Assembly: GCA_008080745.1 (NCBI GenBank)
Contig: SHMX01000004.1
Location: forward strand, 270,001 to 302,000
Reading direction: 5' to 3'
DNA: 32,000 bases
Source of the DNA: Candidatus Thorarchaeota archaeon
GTDB lineage: Archaea > Asgardarchaeota > Thorarchaeia > Thorarchaeales > Thorarchaeaceae
Position numbers and translations under genes: made by a program. This document shows positions 9,397-18,896 of the stretch, piece after piece. The notes beneath the pieces are model-generated. The model was not told where the DNA came from. It was given only the letters and a program-made list of their open reading frames with translations, and ran no database searches. Numbering within the stretch: position 1 is the stretch's first letter; the number at the start of each line of letters is the position of its first letter.

Positions 9397-9501
9397 TAAT
9401 GTTAGGGAAATGGCAGTTACCGCTAACACTAACGCATATAATGCGCATGAACTAATATGAATGGTGTGATTTAAGGATTCGGAATTGTATTCCCAATCCG
9501 G

Positions 9502-11061
9502 TCAATACCATTCAATCGTGCCCGGAGGTTTTGATGTGACATCATAAACCACACGATTAATTCCTTTCACTTGATTTGCAATTCGAGAAGCGATTCTCAG
9601 TAACACATCCCAGTCCAATCTACTAACAGATGCAGTCATAGCATCTGAACTTTCGACTACCCTGATTACAGCGGCTTGGTCGTAAGTTCGTTCATCTCCC
9701 ATAACCCCAACTGATCTTACTGGTAACAGAACACAGAACGATTGCCATATGCTAGGATATGATGAGTCCTTTTCTAACTCCTCTTGGAGTATTCTATCAG
9801 CGTTCCGAAGGATCTCCAATTGTTCTTTTGTAACAGGACCTCCTATTCTGATTGCGAGAGATGGTCCTGGGAAGGGTTGCCTGTGAATCATCTTTGATGG
9901 GATATTGAGTTTATCTCCTACCTTTCTCACTTCATCCTTGTAGAGGTCTTTAAGAGGCTCTACCAAACTCATCTTCATCCAATCAGGTAATCGGACATTG
10001 TGGTGACTCTTGATAACAGAGGTTTCTTTACCAGTGGCAGCACTTTCGACACGATCCGGATAGATTGTTCCTTGTCCTAGAAAGGCAAACTCACCATACT
10101 CTTTCTCAAGTTCTTTTGCTTTTCTTTCGAAAACTCGAATGAAGGTTTCAGCTATGATTTTGCGTTTCTCCTCAGGGTCGATTACTCCCTGAAGCCCCTC
10201 AAGGAACTCATCCGATGCATCCACTGTAACAAAATGCTCGAAACCCATATCTTCAAAGGCCTTCTCCACTTCTTCTCGTTCTTGATATCGAAGTAGTCCA
10301 TTGTCAACAAAAACGCAATAGAGCCTTTCGCCAATTGCCTGTTTAATGAGATATGATGCAACTGTCGAGTCAACACCCCCGCTAGTGCCCATCAGAACTC
10401 GTCCATCTCCTACAGTTTGTTTGATTTCTTCTAATATAATGTCTATCTCCTTTCCAGGACTCCATTTTTCCTTATACTGACATATATCTCGTAGAAACGA
10501 GTTGAGAATTGACATACCATTCGGTGTATGGGTAACTTCAGGATGGAATTGGACACCGAAAATCAGGTTGTCTTTACTGGCAAAAGATGCTATGTGATCA
10601 TTACCGCTTATAGCTAATGGGATAAGGCTCTCAGGCAACTCAGAAACTTCATCACTATGGCTCATCCAGACGTTCTGTGTCTTGTCCAGACCAGATAAGA
10701 GAGGAGTGTCACTAACTACCTGAATCTTCATCTCTCCGTATTCAGGATTTCCTCCAGGTGCAAGGTTCGCTCCACAAGCGTAGGCTAGAATTTGGTGACC
10801 AAAACAAATACCTAGTACAGGAATTTTTTCCTTTCTAATCATCTCAAAATTCTTATTGAAAGGAGGACCAATATCTTGCTCTGTGGCGGTACGTGGGCCA
10901 CCTGAGAGAATAATCCCTCTTACACCCGCTAAGATTTCATCATTCAGAACTGTGTCTTTTGTGATAATTTCAGCGTATACTCCTAATTCTCTACATCTTC
11001 GAGCAATTAGATGAGTATATTGACCACCATAATCCATCACAAGGGTTTTTTCATCAGTCAA
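9502..11061 (-). CDS. guaA: GMP synthase (glutamine-hydrolysing), single-chain GATase + ATP-pyrophosphatase
   Basis: DYGGQY, LGICFGHQ, QFHPEV, SGGVDS, IKSHHN, RQPFPGPSLAIR, VGVMGDERTY, KPPGTIEW. TTG start after GAGGA. Confidence 0.97.
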   Translation of the reverse strand: MTDEKTLVMDYGGQYTHLIARRCRELGVYAEIITKDTVLNDEILAGVRGIILSGGPRTATEQDIGPPFNKNFEMIRKEKIPVLGICFGHQILAYACGANLAPGGNPEYGEMKIQVVSDTPLLSGLDKTQNVWMSHSDEVSELPESLIPLAISGNDHIASFASKDNLIFGVQFHPEVTHTPNGMSILNSFLRDICQYKEKWSPGKEIDIILEEIKQTVGDGRVLMGTSGGVDSTVASYLIKQAIGERLYCVFVDNGLLRYQEREEVEKAFEDMGFEHFVTVDASDEFLEGLQGVIDPEEKRKIIAETFIRVFERKAKELEKEYGEFAFLGQGTIYPDRVESAATGKETSVIKSHHNVRLPDWMKMSLVEPLKDLYKDEVRKVGDKLNIPSKMIHRQPFPGPSLAIRIGGPVTKEQLEILRNADRILQEELEKDSSYPSIWQSFCVLLPVRSVGVMGDERTYDQAAVIRVVESSDAMTASVSRLDWDVLLRIASRIANQVKGINRVVYDVTSKPPGTIEWY

Positions 11062-11120
11062 TGGATATCCTCTCGACCGGGAGCGAGAATTGAGTCCTTA
11101 TATGACTAACTCTTTGAAAC

Positions 11121-12377
11121 TTATGTGATGTCTTTAGCAATATCTGAACGAAATCTGACGGCACCAGTAATTTTCTGAGCAGAATCATAAGCTATCTTTC
11201 TAGCTTCAGAGATGGAGGCTCCCTTTCCAAGAACACCAAGTGACCGACTTCCTGTGGTGAAGACTTGTTCGTCCTTCTGATATACAGATGCATAATAGAG
11301 TTCTGCTTGAATGCCTTCTTCAATTGTGATTGGCTTATCCTTTTGCACACTTTTACCTGGATAGCCCTCAGGTACAACATATACACATACCGTAGCTTGC
11401 TCTCTAAACTCAGGTTTAATCAGTTTTCCATCAATTATACTAAGACAGATGTCGTCCATCGAGGTATCCAGTATTGATAACACATTCATAGCTTCAGGGT
11501 CTCCAAATCGAGCATTGAATTCAATAACTTTAGGTCCCTTGTTGGTCTTCATAAATTGACCATAAAGAATCCCTTTGTAATCATACCTCGTCCTCTTTTT
11601 GATTTCCTTAACCACAGAAGTCATGACTTTCTTTGCTTCTTCTAGGTCATTATCACTGACATATGCTAGATTATGGTCACTCCTAGAATAGGACCCCATT
11701 GAGCCTGTGTTGGGCCCTTCATCATTGTCATAGGCTCTCTTGTAGTCTCTAACAAGAGGCATGATCTCAATGTTCTTTCCATCTACAAACGATTGCACTG
11801 TGAATTCTGTACCAACCAGTTTTTCTTCTAGGATAACAATCCCATGGTTACCGATTTCTTCGGTAGCATAGGCTTCGAGTTCTTCTCTTGAATGCAAATG
11901 TTCTCCAAAGATCTTGACGCCTTTTCCTCCAGTCAACCCATCAGGTTTGACTACTATATTATCTACACCTACTTTTTCCTCAAAGTGTTGTATTCCATCA
12001 AGGCTACGAACTATGGCAAATTCTGGATTTGCACGTTTGGCTGCTTTTTGGATAATTTCACGAGCAAATGACTTACTAACCTCGATCTTTGCACATCTCT
12101 GAATTGGACCGATACTAGGCACTCCCTGTCCCTCTAGATAATCTGCTATCCCCACTGATAAAGGTCCTTCTGGTCCGATCACTGCATAATCAAATCCTGA
12201 CAGAGGGGGAAGTTTTCTATAATCCATGAGAGTATTAATTGTTGTAGATGTTGCAAGGGCGGCAATACCTGGATTCAATTTATCCATATGTGCGTGCAGC
12301 TCAACGTCTGCTCTGGTCAATGCCGATGCAATTGCATGTTCTCTAGCTCCATTTCCAATGAGAAGAACTTTACTCAC
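11121..12377 (-). CDS. purD: Phosphoribosylamine--glycine ligase
   Basis: [58 protein letters not shown]. Confidence 0.96.
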   Translation of the reverse strand: MSKVLLIGNGAREHAIASALTRADVELHAHMDKLNPGIAALATSTTINTLMDYRKLPPLSGFDYAVIGPEGPLSVGIADYLEGQGVPSIGPIQRCAKIEVSKSFAREIIQKAAKRANPEFAIVRSLDGIQHFEEKVGVDNIVVKPDGLTGGKGVKIFGEHLHSREELEAYATEEIGNHGIVILEEKLVGTEFTVQSFVDGKNIEIMPLVRDYKRAYDNDEGPNTGSMGSYSRSDHNLAYVSDNDLEEAKKVMTSVVKEIKKRTRYDYKGILYGQFMKTNKGPKVIEFNARFGDPEAMNVLSILDTSMDDICLSIIDGKLIKPEFREQATVCVYVVPEGYPGKSVQKDKPITIEEGIQAELYYASVYQKDEQVFTTGSRSLGVLGKGASISEARKIAYDSAQKITGAVRFRSDIAKDIT

Positions 12378-13806
12378 TAATTGTCACTCCATATGGCTCG
12401 ATGACGACTGAACCTCTTTCAGCTTCTTCAATGACTCCTAGTTTGTAAACATTGTCCAAGTCACCGATAATCTTCATAGCTTCGGCCGCTTGATCCGCAG
12501 GTACAATGATAATCAGTCCAATTCCCATATTAAAGGTGGTAAACATATCGTACCAGTCTATTTTGCCAATATCTTTCAACAATGGAAATATCGGTTGTAA
12601 TTCAGGATACTTGTTCATCTTGAATTTCATGGAGCTCAAGCGTAGGATCTTTTTGAATCCTGATCCCGTGATATGAGCAAGACCTCTTACATCAATACCC
12701 TGTTCTTTCAGAGCCTTGAAGTGCTTCACATAAATCCGGGTTGGACGTAACATCTCGTCTGCCACCGTAATACCCCAAGGAAGCACATCTGTTATAGAAT
12801 ATTTTGAGAATATCAATTTCCTCGATAATGTGTATCCATTAGAATGAAGTCCATTTGAAGCAACACCGAGAATGATATCACCCTTTTGAATTCCACTTCC
12901 ATCAATCAGTTCATTGGGGTTTGCTATACCGACAGCAGTACCTGCCAAATCTAATCCTGGTTCATGGAGCCCTCTTATGATTTCTGGGAGAATTGCAGTT
13001 TCACCTCCCAAAATGGGAATGTCTGATTCCTTACAAGCCTCGTAAAGACTCTGACCAATTTGACTAAGAATCCAATCTGGCATTGGCTCCTCAGACGCGA
13101 GATAATCTACGAAACCTACTGGAGTAATTCCTACGCATATCAAATCATTCACATTCATAGCAACGCAGTCTTGTCCTATGGTATCATATCTTCCTGCAAG
13201 TTCAGCAACAAGTATCTTGCTTCCTACACCATCGGTTGAAAGACCAATACAGAGATCATCGTTTATCTTTACAGTATTTGCATAATGTCCATACTCTTGC
13301 ATTACTTTACCATGTTCAAAGGATTTTTTCACGTACTCGCCAATTGTCTTGAGTCCTCGTGAAACCTCCTCTTCGTCCACTCCAGCTTCTGCATAACTTG
13401 AAGGAAGGGGCAAACTATCGGTTTTTACACCGAGGATACGTGCTGCCAAATGTGCAGCATTTTGCCCATTGTCAATTCCTACTGTAGCAACAGGCACACC
13501 TTTGGGCATTTGAACAATGGATAATAATGCATCAAGTCCACCTAACTTTGCTGCTACTGGTACACCAATGACAGGCCGATTAGTTATTGATGCAACAACA
13601 CCGGGAAGAGCTGCGGCAAGCCCTGCAATTGCAATGATAACCTTCGCTGTACTTTCTTTAACTATCTTGTGCAGACGGTCAGGGTTTCGATGAGCTGAAG
13701 CAATCTCCAGTGCATAGACAATACCCAACTCCTCTAGAGTTTGGGTTACCTTGTCTGAGATATGTGCGTCACTTTTACTACCACAAATTATCAAAACATC
13801 TGTCAC
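12370..13806 (-). CDS. purE-purM: Fusion: N-terminal PurE (AIR carboxylase/N5-CAIR mutase) + C-terminal PurM (AIR synthetase)
   Basis: aa ~1-125: [29 protein letters not shown]. aa ~135-478: [50 protein letters not shown]. One uninterrupted ORF. Confidence 0.92.
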   Translation of the reverse strand: MTDVLIICGSKSDAHISDKVTQTLEELGIVYALEIASAHRNPDRLHKIVKESTAKVIIAIAGLAAALPGVVASITNRPVIGVPVAAKLGGLDALLSIVQMPKGVPVATVGIDNGQNAAHLAARILGVKTDSLPLPSSYAEAGVDEEEVSRGLKTIGEYVKKSFEHGKVMQEYGHYANTVKINDDLCIGLSTDGVGSKILVAELAGRYDTIGQDCVAMNVNDLICVGITPVGFVDYLASEEPMPDWILSQIGQSLYEACKESDIPILGGETAILPEIIRGLHEPGLDLAGTAVGIANPNELIDGSGIQKGDIILGVASNGLHSNGYTLSRKLIFSKYSITDVLPWGITVADEMLRPTRIYVKHFKALKEQGIDVRGLAHITGSGFKKILRLSSMKFKMNKYPELQPIFPLLKDIGKIDWYDMFTTFNMGIGLIIIVPADQAAEAMKIIGDLDNVYKLGVIEEAERGSVVIEPYGVTISE

Positions 13807-13812
13807 TGTATT

Positions 13813-15981
13813 CTACTCCATGAATTTTGCTATTCCTTTTCGGTACACTTCTCGTGCTTTTCCAATTGAAATACTGAATGACCCAAAGTTTGCTACTTTA
13901 TCGGTTACAACTAAACCTAGTTCAGTAATCGGGATATTATTTTCCTCCATCAATTCATGAAACTCTGGCTGATTTGATTCTGTTACCTCTGCAAGATATC
14001 TTGCCGATGTTTCCGAATAGAGATTTTCAGTTAGTGTCTTAGACGTACCTGGGATTTCATCTGCATTAATGGTGAAACCCACCTCACTATTCATGATCAT
14101 TTTCATTAATGCGATAGCTAATCCCCCTCTACCAATGTTATTACAAGAACGCATAATTCTTCGTTTATGCGCCTCTAGCATAGCTCCCATGACTTTTGCT
14201 TCAACTTGCGGTTGGTAGATAGGCGGAATTCCCTTCACTTTGTCTATAGTCAATCTCTGAAACTCTGAGCCATTAAGTTCTCGGTGTGTTGTACCTACTA
14301 GAAAGATGTTTGCTAGTGGCGTGGTTAGGTTTCTTCGAACTGGAGCTATACCCTGTTCGAATATTCCTCCAATCATGATTTGGGGAGTTGGATTGATTCT
14401 CTTATGTTCACCCTCGACTACTGCTTCATTGTAGAGTGAAACATTTCCACCAACTACAGGTATATCAAAATCGTGGGAAAATTGACCTAAACCTCTAACT
14501 GCCTCAACGAATTGTGAATACGATTCCGGCCTTTCAGGATTGCCAAAGTTCAAACAATCCGCAATGAAAATTGGTCTAGCTCCCATCGCTACTAGATTTC
14601 GTAAAGATTCAGCAGCAGAATTGGCGGCACCACTTCTCGGATCCAAAAGACACCAATATGAATTACAATCGCTGGAAAACGCAAGCATCTTGCCTTTTGG
14701 AAATTCTATTACACCCGAATTTTCACCAATATCTACGATTGTATTTGCTTGTACGTGTTGGTCGTACTGACTGTAAACCCATGAACGATCACAGATATTG
14801 AGAGATTCTAACATTCTTAGTAAAAATTCGGCATGGTCTTCTGGTTCTTGGAGCCAAGCGTGGGATCCACTACCCATTTGAAGCTGTTCTTCAATTCGTT
14901 CTGGCACTGGAAATCCTTCAACAAGAAGATTAATCGGCAACCTTGCACGAATCTCTCCGTTTTCCATTACTGTGTAGAATGCATCATCAGTTACCTTCCC
15001 TATCGCCCCATAGGGTGTATCGTGTTTCTCAAGAATCTCAAACACTGCTTCTTTATTAGCGGGATCCACTATTGCCAGCATACGTTCTTGTGACTCTGAA
15101 ATAATGATTTCTTGTGCTATCATACCTTTTTCTCTAAGTGGGACATTATCTACTTCAATTAGAACACCTGTACCGCCCTTTGATGCCATTTCACCCGCAG
15201 CTGAGGTCAATCCACCACCACCTAGGTCCTGAAGTCCCGCAAGTAGCTCTTTCTCTATTAGTTCCTCAAGGACATCCAATACAACCTTCTTTGCTAATGG
15301 GTCTCCAATTTGAACTGCACCTCTATTCTCGTCCTCTTCATCTGAAAACGACTCTGAGGCAAAACTGACGCCAGCAATGCCATCTCTTCCTGTAGTAGAG
15401 CCAAACATAATCAGGAGATGACCAGGTGTCTTGGCAGTACTTCTTACAATTTTATCGGGAGTCAAAGTTCCGATACATACAACATTAATTAGACAATTAT
15501 CATCGTACGAAGAATCGAATTGTACTTCTCCACCAATCATTGGTATACCTACACTATTACCATATTGTGAAATTCCATGTACCGAATTTTCAAGGAGATA
15601 TGCATTGTGAGGTTTGCTCAGAGGTCCAAATCGAAGACAGTTCATCAGCCCTACTGGTCTACATCCCTGTGAGATAACATCACGGATAATTCCTCCAACG
15701 CCTGTTGCTGCACCATTATATGGATCAATCTGACTGGGATGATTATGCGATTCCATCGCAACACCTACCAGAACATCATCCCCTATATCTACTAAACCAG
15801 CTCCTTCTCCTGGACCAAGAAAAACTCGTTCACCCTCTGTCTTGAAAAGATGAAACCAACGTTGAGAACTTTTGTAAGAGCAATGTTCTGACCACAGAAC
15901 GTCCAGCATATTTAGCTCTGTTTCTGTAGGTTCTCTTCCCAGAACTTTGGTTGCATGTTCCAGTTCCTGTTTTGTAAGCAT
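13813..15981 (-). CDS. purL: Phosphoribosylformylglycinamidine synthase subunit PurL (small form)
   Basis: WSEHCSYKSS, ESHNHPS, GAATGVGGIIRD, TGRDGIAG, QDLGGGG, SESQERM, CLNFGNPE, GGNVSLYNE. Confidence 0.97.
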   Translation of the reverse strand: MLTKQELEHATKVLGREPTETELNMLDVLWSEHCSYKSSQRWFHLFKTEGERVFLGPGEGAGLVDIGDDVLVGVAMESHNHPSQIDPYNGAATGVGGIIRDVISQGCRPVGLMNCLRFGPLSKPHNAYLLENSVHGISQYGNSVGIPMIGGEVQFDSSYDDNCLINVVCIGTLTPDKIVRSTAKTPGHLLIMFGSTTGRDGIAGVSFASESFSDEEDENRGAVQIGDPLAKKVVLDVLEELIEKELLAGLQDLGGGGLTSAAGEMASKGGTGVLIEVDNVPLREKGMIAQEIIISESQERMLAIVDPANKEAVFEILEKHDTPYGAIGKVTDDAFYTVMENGEIRARLPINLLVEGFPVPERIEEQLQMGSGSHAWLQEPEDHAEFLLRMLESLNICDRSWVYSQYDQHVQANTIVDIGENSGVIEFPKGKMLAFSSDCNSYWCLLDPRSGAANSAAESLRNLVAMGARPIFIADCLNFGNPERPESYSQFVEAVRGLGQFSHDFDIPVVGGNVSLYNEAVVEGEHKRINPTPQIMIGGIFEQGIAPVRRNLTTPLANIFLVGTTHRELNGSEFQRLTIDKVKGIPPIYQPQVEAKVMGAMLEAHKRRIMRSCNNIGRGGLAIALMKMIMNSEVGFTINADEIPGTSKTLTENLYSETSARYLAEVTESNQPEFHELMEENNIPITELGLVVTDKVANFGSFSISIGKAREVYRKGIAKFME

Positions 15982-15990
15982 ATAATCACC

Positions 15991-16689
15991 TTAAGGTGCC
16001 TTTGTGGCTCTAACAAAATTCTCCAGAATTGCAAGACCATCCGTAGAACCCAAAATAGCTCTCGAAGCCCTTTCCGGATGTGGCATCATTCCTAAGACAT
16101 TTCCTCTCTCATTCACAATACCTGCAATATTATCCAAAGAGCCATTGGGATTGACTTCTTGCGTTGGCTCTCCTTCACTATTACAATACCGAAATGAAAC
16201 TCTCCCTTCTCCCTTAAGCATATGCAAATCTTCCTCTGAACAATAATAATTGCCTTCCGCATGGGCTATAGGGATCCTCAGGATTGCTGAATCAAGGCCT
16301 TCGGTATAGATACTCTTTGTTTCACAAGTTCGGAGATTTATCCATTTACAGACAAACCTAGCAGATTTATTTGGCAATAATACTCCTGGAAGAAGTCCTG
16401 CCTCTGCTAAAATCTGAAATCCATTACAGATTCCAATTACAGGTTTTCCTGCCTTAGCAATCTCGACAACACCATCAATTATCGCTTCAACCGAGGCTAC
16501 TGCACCTGCGCGAAGGTAATCTCCATAGGAAAAACCTCCTGGAATGAATACACCATCTGCACGAGCTAATGGTCCGGGACCATCATAGTTTGGTACCAGA
16601 TAGGGGTCTCCACCAGGAATTGAAGCGAGAACTCTCATTACATCTTTCTCATTATTTGTTCCTGGAAACCTGATGACTGCAATTGCCAT
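15991..16689 (-). CDS. purQ: FGAM synthase glutaminase subunit PurQ
   Basis: FPGTN, PGGFSYGDYLRAG, GICNGFQIL, IAHAEG, NPNGS, GMMPHPER. Confidence 0.97.
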   Translation of the reverse strand: MAIAVIRFPGTNNEKDVMRVLASIPGGDPYLVPNYDGPGPLARADGVFIPGGFSYGDYLRAGAVASVEAIIDGVVEIAKAGKPVIGICNGFQILAEAGLLPGVLLPNKSARFVCKWINLRTCETKSIYTEGLDSAILRIPIAHAEGNYYCSEEDLHMLKGEGRVSFRYCNSEGEPTQEVNPNGSLDNIAGIVNERGNVLGMMPHPERASRAILGSTDGLAILENFVRATKAP

Positions 16690-16690
16690 G

Positions 16691-17656
16691 CTAGCTTAAC
16701 CTCACTTCATGTGTTTCAGCAATTGGGTTAGTAAGCAATTTGATATTCATCAATTCAAGACCCTTGAGAAGGCTACTGGTAAGTGGTCTGGTTAGTACTA
16801 TTTTGAACTCCTTACCCACTCTTACCTCTTTAACATCTTGGAATCCTAGACGAATCAATCCTTTTCTAGTGACTTCTCCTGGTGGATTCTTAATCCCCTC
16901 TTTGGGCATGACCATTACATGAACCTCCTCCGATCTGATTGGAATAATTTTTGGATCTGTTTTTCGTAGTATATCTAGTAGTCCAACATAAGCAGATAGC
17001 AAATCTCCCGAGTCTTCTCTGAAAAGGTCCTTATCAAGAGATTCGCCCTCTTTATTCCAAATACGCATAGTGTCTCCTGATATCTCATCAGCCACAACTA
17101 ACCTACCATCGGCTGTTCGTCCAAACTCTAATTTGAAATCGACCAATCTAAGGTTTTGTTGTGCAAATAACTCGCTCAGATAGTGATTTACACTCAGGGC
17201 AATGGATTTCATAAAACCGATATCAGACCTATTGACTAATTGGAGACGCATTACTGCTTCTTCAGTGATTAAGGGGTCTCCTAATTTGTCATCCTTTAGG
17301 AAGAACTCGACTAGAGGCTCAGAAAGCTCAATTCCTCTATCTATCCCATAACGTCTACAAAAAGAACCTGCAGCAACATTTCTGCAGACCACCTCTACCG
17401 GAAGAATAGCTGCTCTGAAACATCTGATTTTTGGACCCTCCAGTGTTTCAACATAATGAGTTTCTATTCCCTTATCTGATAGATATTGCAATAGAAATTC
17501 AGTAATATCACATGCTAATCGACCTTTTCCCTCCAGTTCCTCTTTTTTAGCACCATCACCAGCTGTCACGAAGTTCGTGAATTCGATAATCACATGTTGG
17601 GATGATTCCGGGTCTTCGAGGACTCTTTTTACTTTCCCTTCGCGGATAACACTCAT
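16691..17656 (-). CDS. purC-purS: Fusion: N-terminal PurC (SAICAR synthetase) + C-terminal PurS
   Basis: PurC motifs: EGKVK, TAGDG, EVVCRNVAAGS, EFFLKDDKLGDP, LVDFKLEFG, ADEISGDTMRIW. The last ~80 aa match PurS: V.V.PKEGIKNPPG..L..LGF..V..VRVGK.F...KLLTNPI.E. Confidence 0.9.
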   Translation of the reverse strand: MSVIREGKVKRVLEDPESSQHVIIEFTNFVTAGDGAKKEELEGKGRLACDITEFLLQYLSDKGIETHYVETLEGPKIRCFRAAILPVEVVCRNVAAGSFCRRYGIDRGIELSEPLVEFFLKDDKLGDPLITEEAVMRLQLVNRSDIGFMKSIALSVNHYLSELFAQQNLRLVDFKLEFGRTADGRLVVADEISGDTMRIWNKEGESLDKDLFREDSGDLLSAYVGLLDILRKTDPKIIPIRSEEVHVMVMPKEGIKNPPGEVTRKGLIRLGFQDVKEVRVGKEFKIVLTRPLTSSLLKGLELMNIKLLTNPIAETHEVRLS

Positions 17657-17715
17657 ATCCTAACCTCTCGGTGTTGTTTCAGACCTGTGTGTTGCCTGAT
17701 TTTAATAGTTATGAA

Positions 17716-18789
17716 TTATGTGGAAGCATCACTTAGAGCATCTTCTTGAGCTGCTCTAGCGATATCAATCATACAGAGGTCCATTGGAGTCTGTACATCT
17801 CTTTTGAATTTTAGTGAAAGCCTTCTCATTTCGGGACTGGTGGGTCCCACACAAGGAGCTCCAGGTACTCGTGGACTAAGATCAAACACAACAAACTCGG
17901 ATTCTTTCGTTATTGCTCCTTGAAGTGAGAAAAGACCGATCATTCTTGGAGGAAAGTGCTTCTTCACTCCTGTAAGGAGTAATTCCGCAGCTTCGTATAC
18001 CAATGGTTTCTTACTCTCACGCATAGTCACTCCCTTATGACCAACTTCCTCATTTACTATCTTAATGTCTAATTTCATTTGATCCTCTGCAGGGAGATTC
18101 AGGAGTCCTGAAAGATTGGTCTGTACTCTATCATCAAATCCTACAAGATCAATATCACCAAAGTAATTGTTCATTGCATATGCTTGAAAGTTAGCGTTGA
18201 ATCGTGGTGCTACTATAAATTCTTCAACAGTTGCTAGTCGTAAATCCTCCTCAGTTATCAACCCTTCATCTATCATTCTCTGGCTAGTCTTATCGTAATC
18301 TGTGGGGTTGGATACATAGAAGAAAGCTCGTTCTAGAGGTCTATTTTTTTGTTGCACCTTCACAATCGCCAGTCTATCGATGGTGTCAGGAGTCATCTGT
18401 TTCGGGATTCTAATACCCGATTGTTCTAGAAGCCAATATTGGTCCTTTGGAAAACCTCGCTCTTCCACACGTAGAATACTTCTGTTTCCGTAGATTGGAA
18501 CCTCAAATTTTGTTTCAATCTCGTCGTATCCTACATATACTGAGAATGATCTATTCGGTATCCATAGAGTATCCAGTTCCATCAGTTCGTCTTGAACTTC
18601 TTTATTGATTATATCTCCGAATTTGTCTAACACGATGATGTGATCATAGAGATGATTATTGTATATAGAGTATAGTTTGTCTCTTCCTTTTTGACAAACA
18701 ACGACAGTTTCAAATCCATTTGCTTTAGCTGCAACACCTATTTCCTCGGCACTGTGTGAACCTATCATACCTATGGTTGGTTTCTTCAT
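17716..18789 (-). CDS. purP: PurP-family ATP-grasp protein (divergent paralog of FAICAR synthetase)
   Basis: IGSHSA, PNRSFSVYVG, GNRSILRVEER, RAFF, EEFI, NEEVGH, GLFSLQ, DLSPRVPG. Confidence 0.8.
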   Translation of the reverse strand: MKKPTIGMIGSHSAEEIGVAAKANGFETVVVCQKGRDKLYSIYNNHLYDHIIVLDKFGDIINKEVQDELMELDTLWIPNRSFSVYVGYDEIETKFEVPIYGNRSILRVEERGFPKDQYWLLEQSGIRIPKQMTPDTIDRLAIVKVQQKNRPLERAFFYVSNPTDYDKTSQRMIDEGLITEEDLRLATVEEFIVAPRFNANFQAYAMNNYFGDIDLVGFDDRVQTNLSGLLNLPAEDQMKLDIKIVNEEVGHKGVTMRESKKPLVYEAAELLLTGVKKHFPPRMIGLFSLQGAITKESEFVVFDLSPRVPGAPCVGPTSPEMRRLSLKFKRDVQTPMDLCMIDIARAAQEDALSDAST

Positions 18790-18896
18790 CGTATCGGCTC
18801 CTATAAAGTCACTTCGAGGCCGAGTTACATCGTTTGTAAGTCTTCCTATCGTTTCATTAGTTTGTAGTAGAAATATCTCTGAAGGAACATTTTCTT

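Noticed and set aside
9193-9429. 79-aa N-terminal extension of the HDAC ORF in the supplied track
   Set aside because: Not HDAC-like. A TATAAG box sits 28 nt above ATG 9192, and the extension runs through the structured element.
9278-9499. Possible SECIS element, tRNA(Sec), 5S rRNA, SRP RNA or cobalamin riboswitch
   Set aside because: There is no in-frame UGA in flanking genes, and the arm sizes and diagnostic motifs (TTCGA loop, CCGAAC, helix-8 AGCA, complete B12 box) are absent. Kept only as an unassigned ncRNA candidate.
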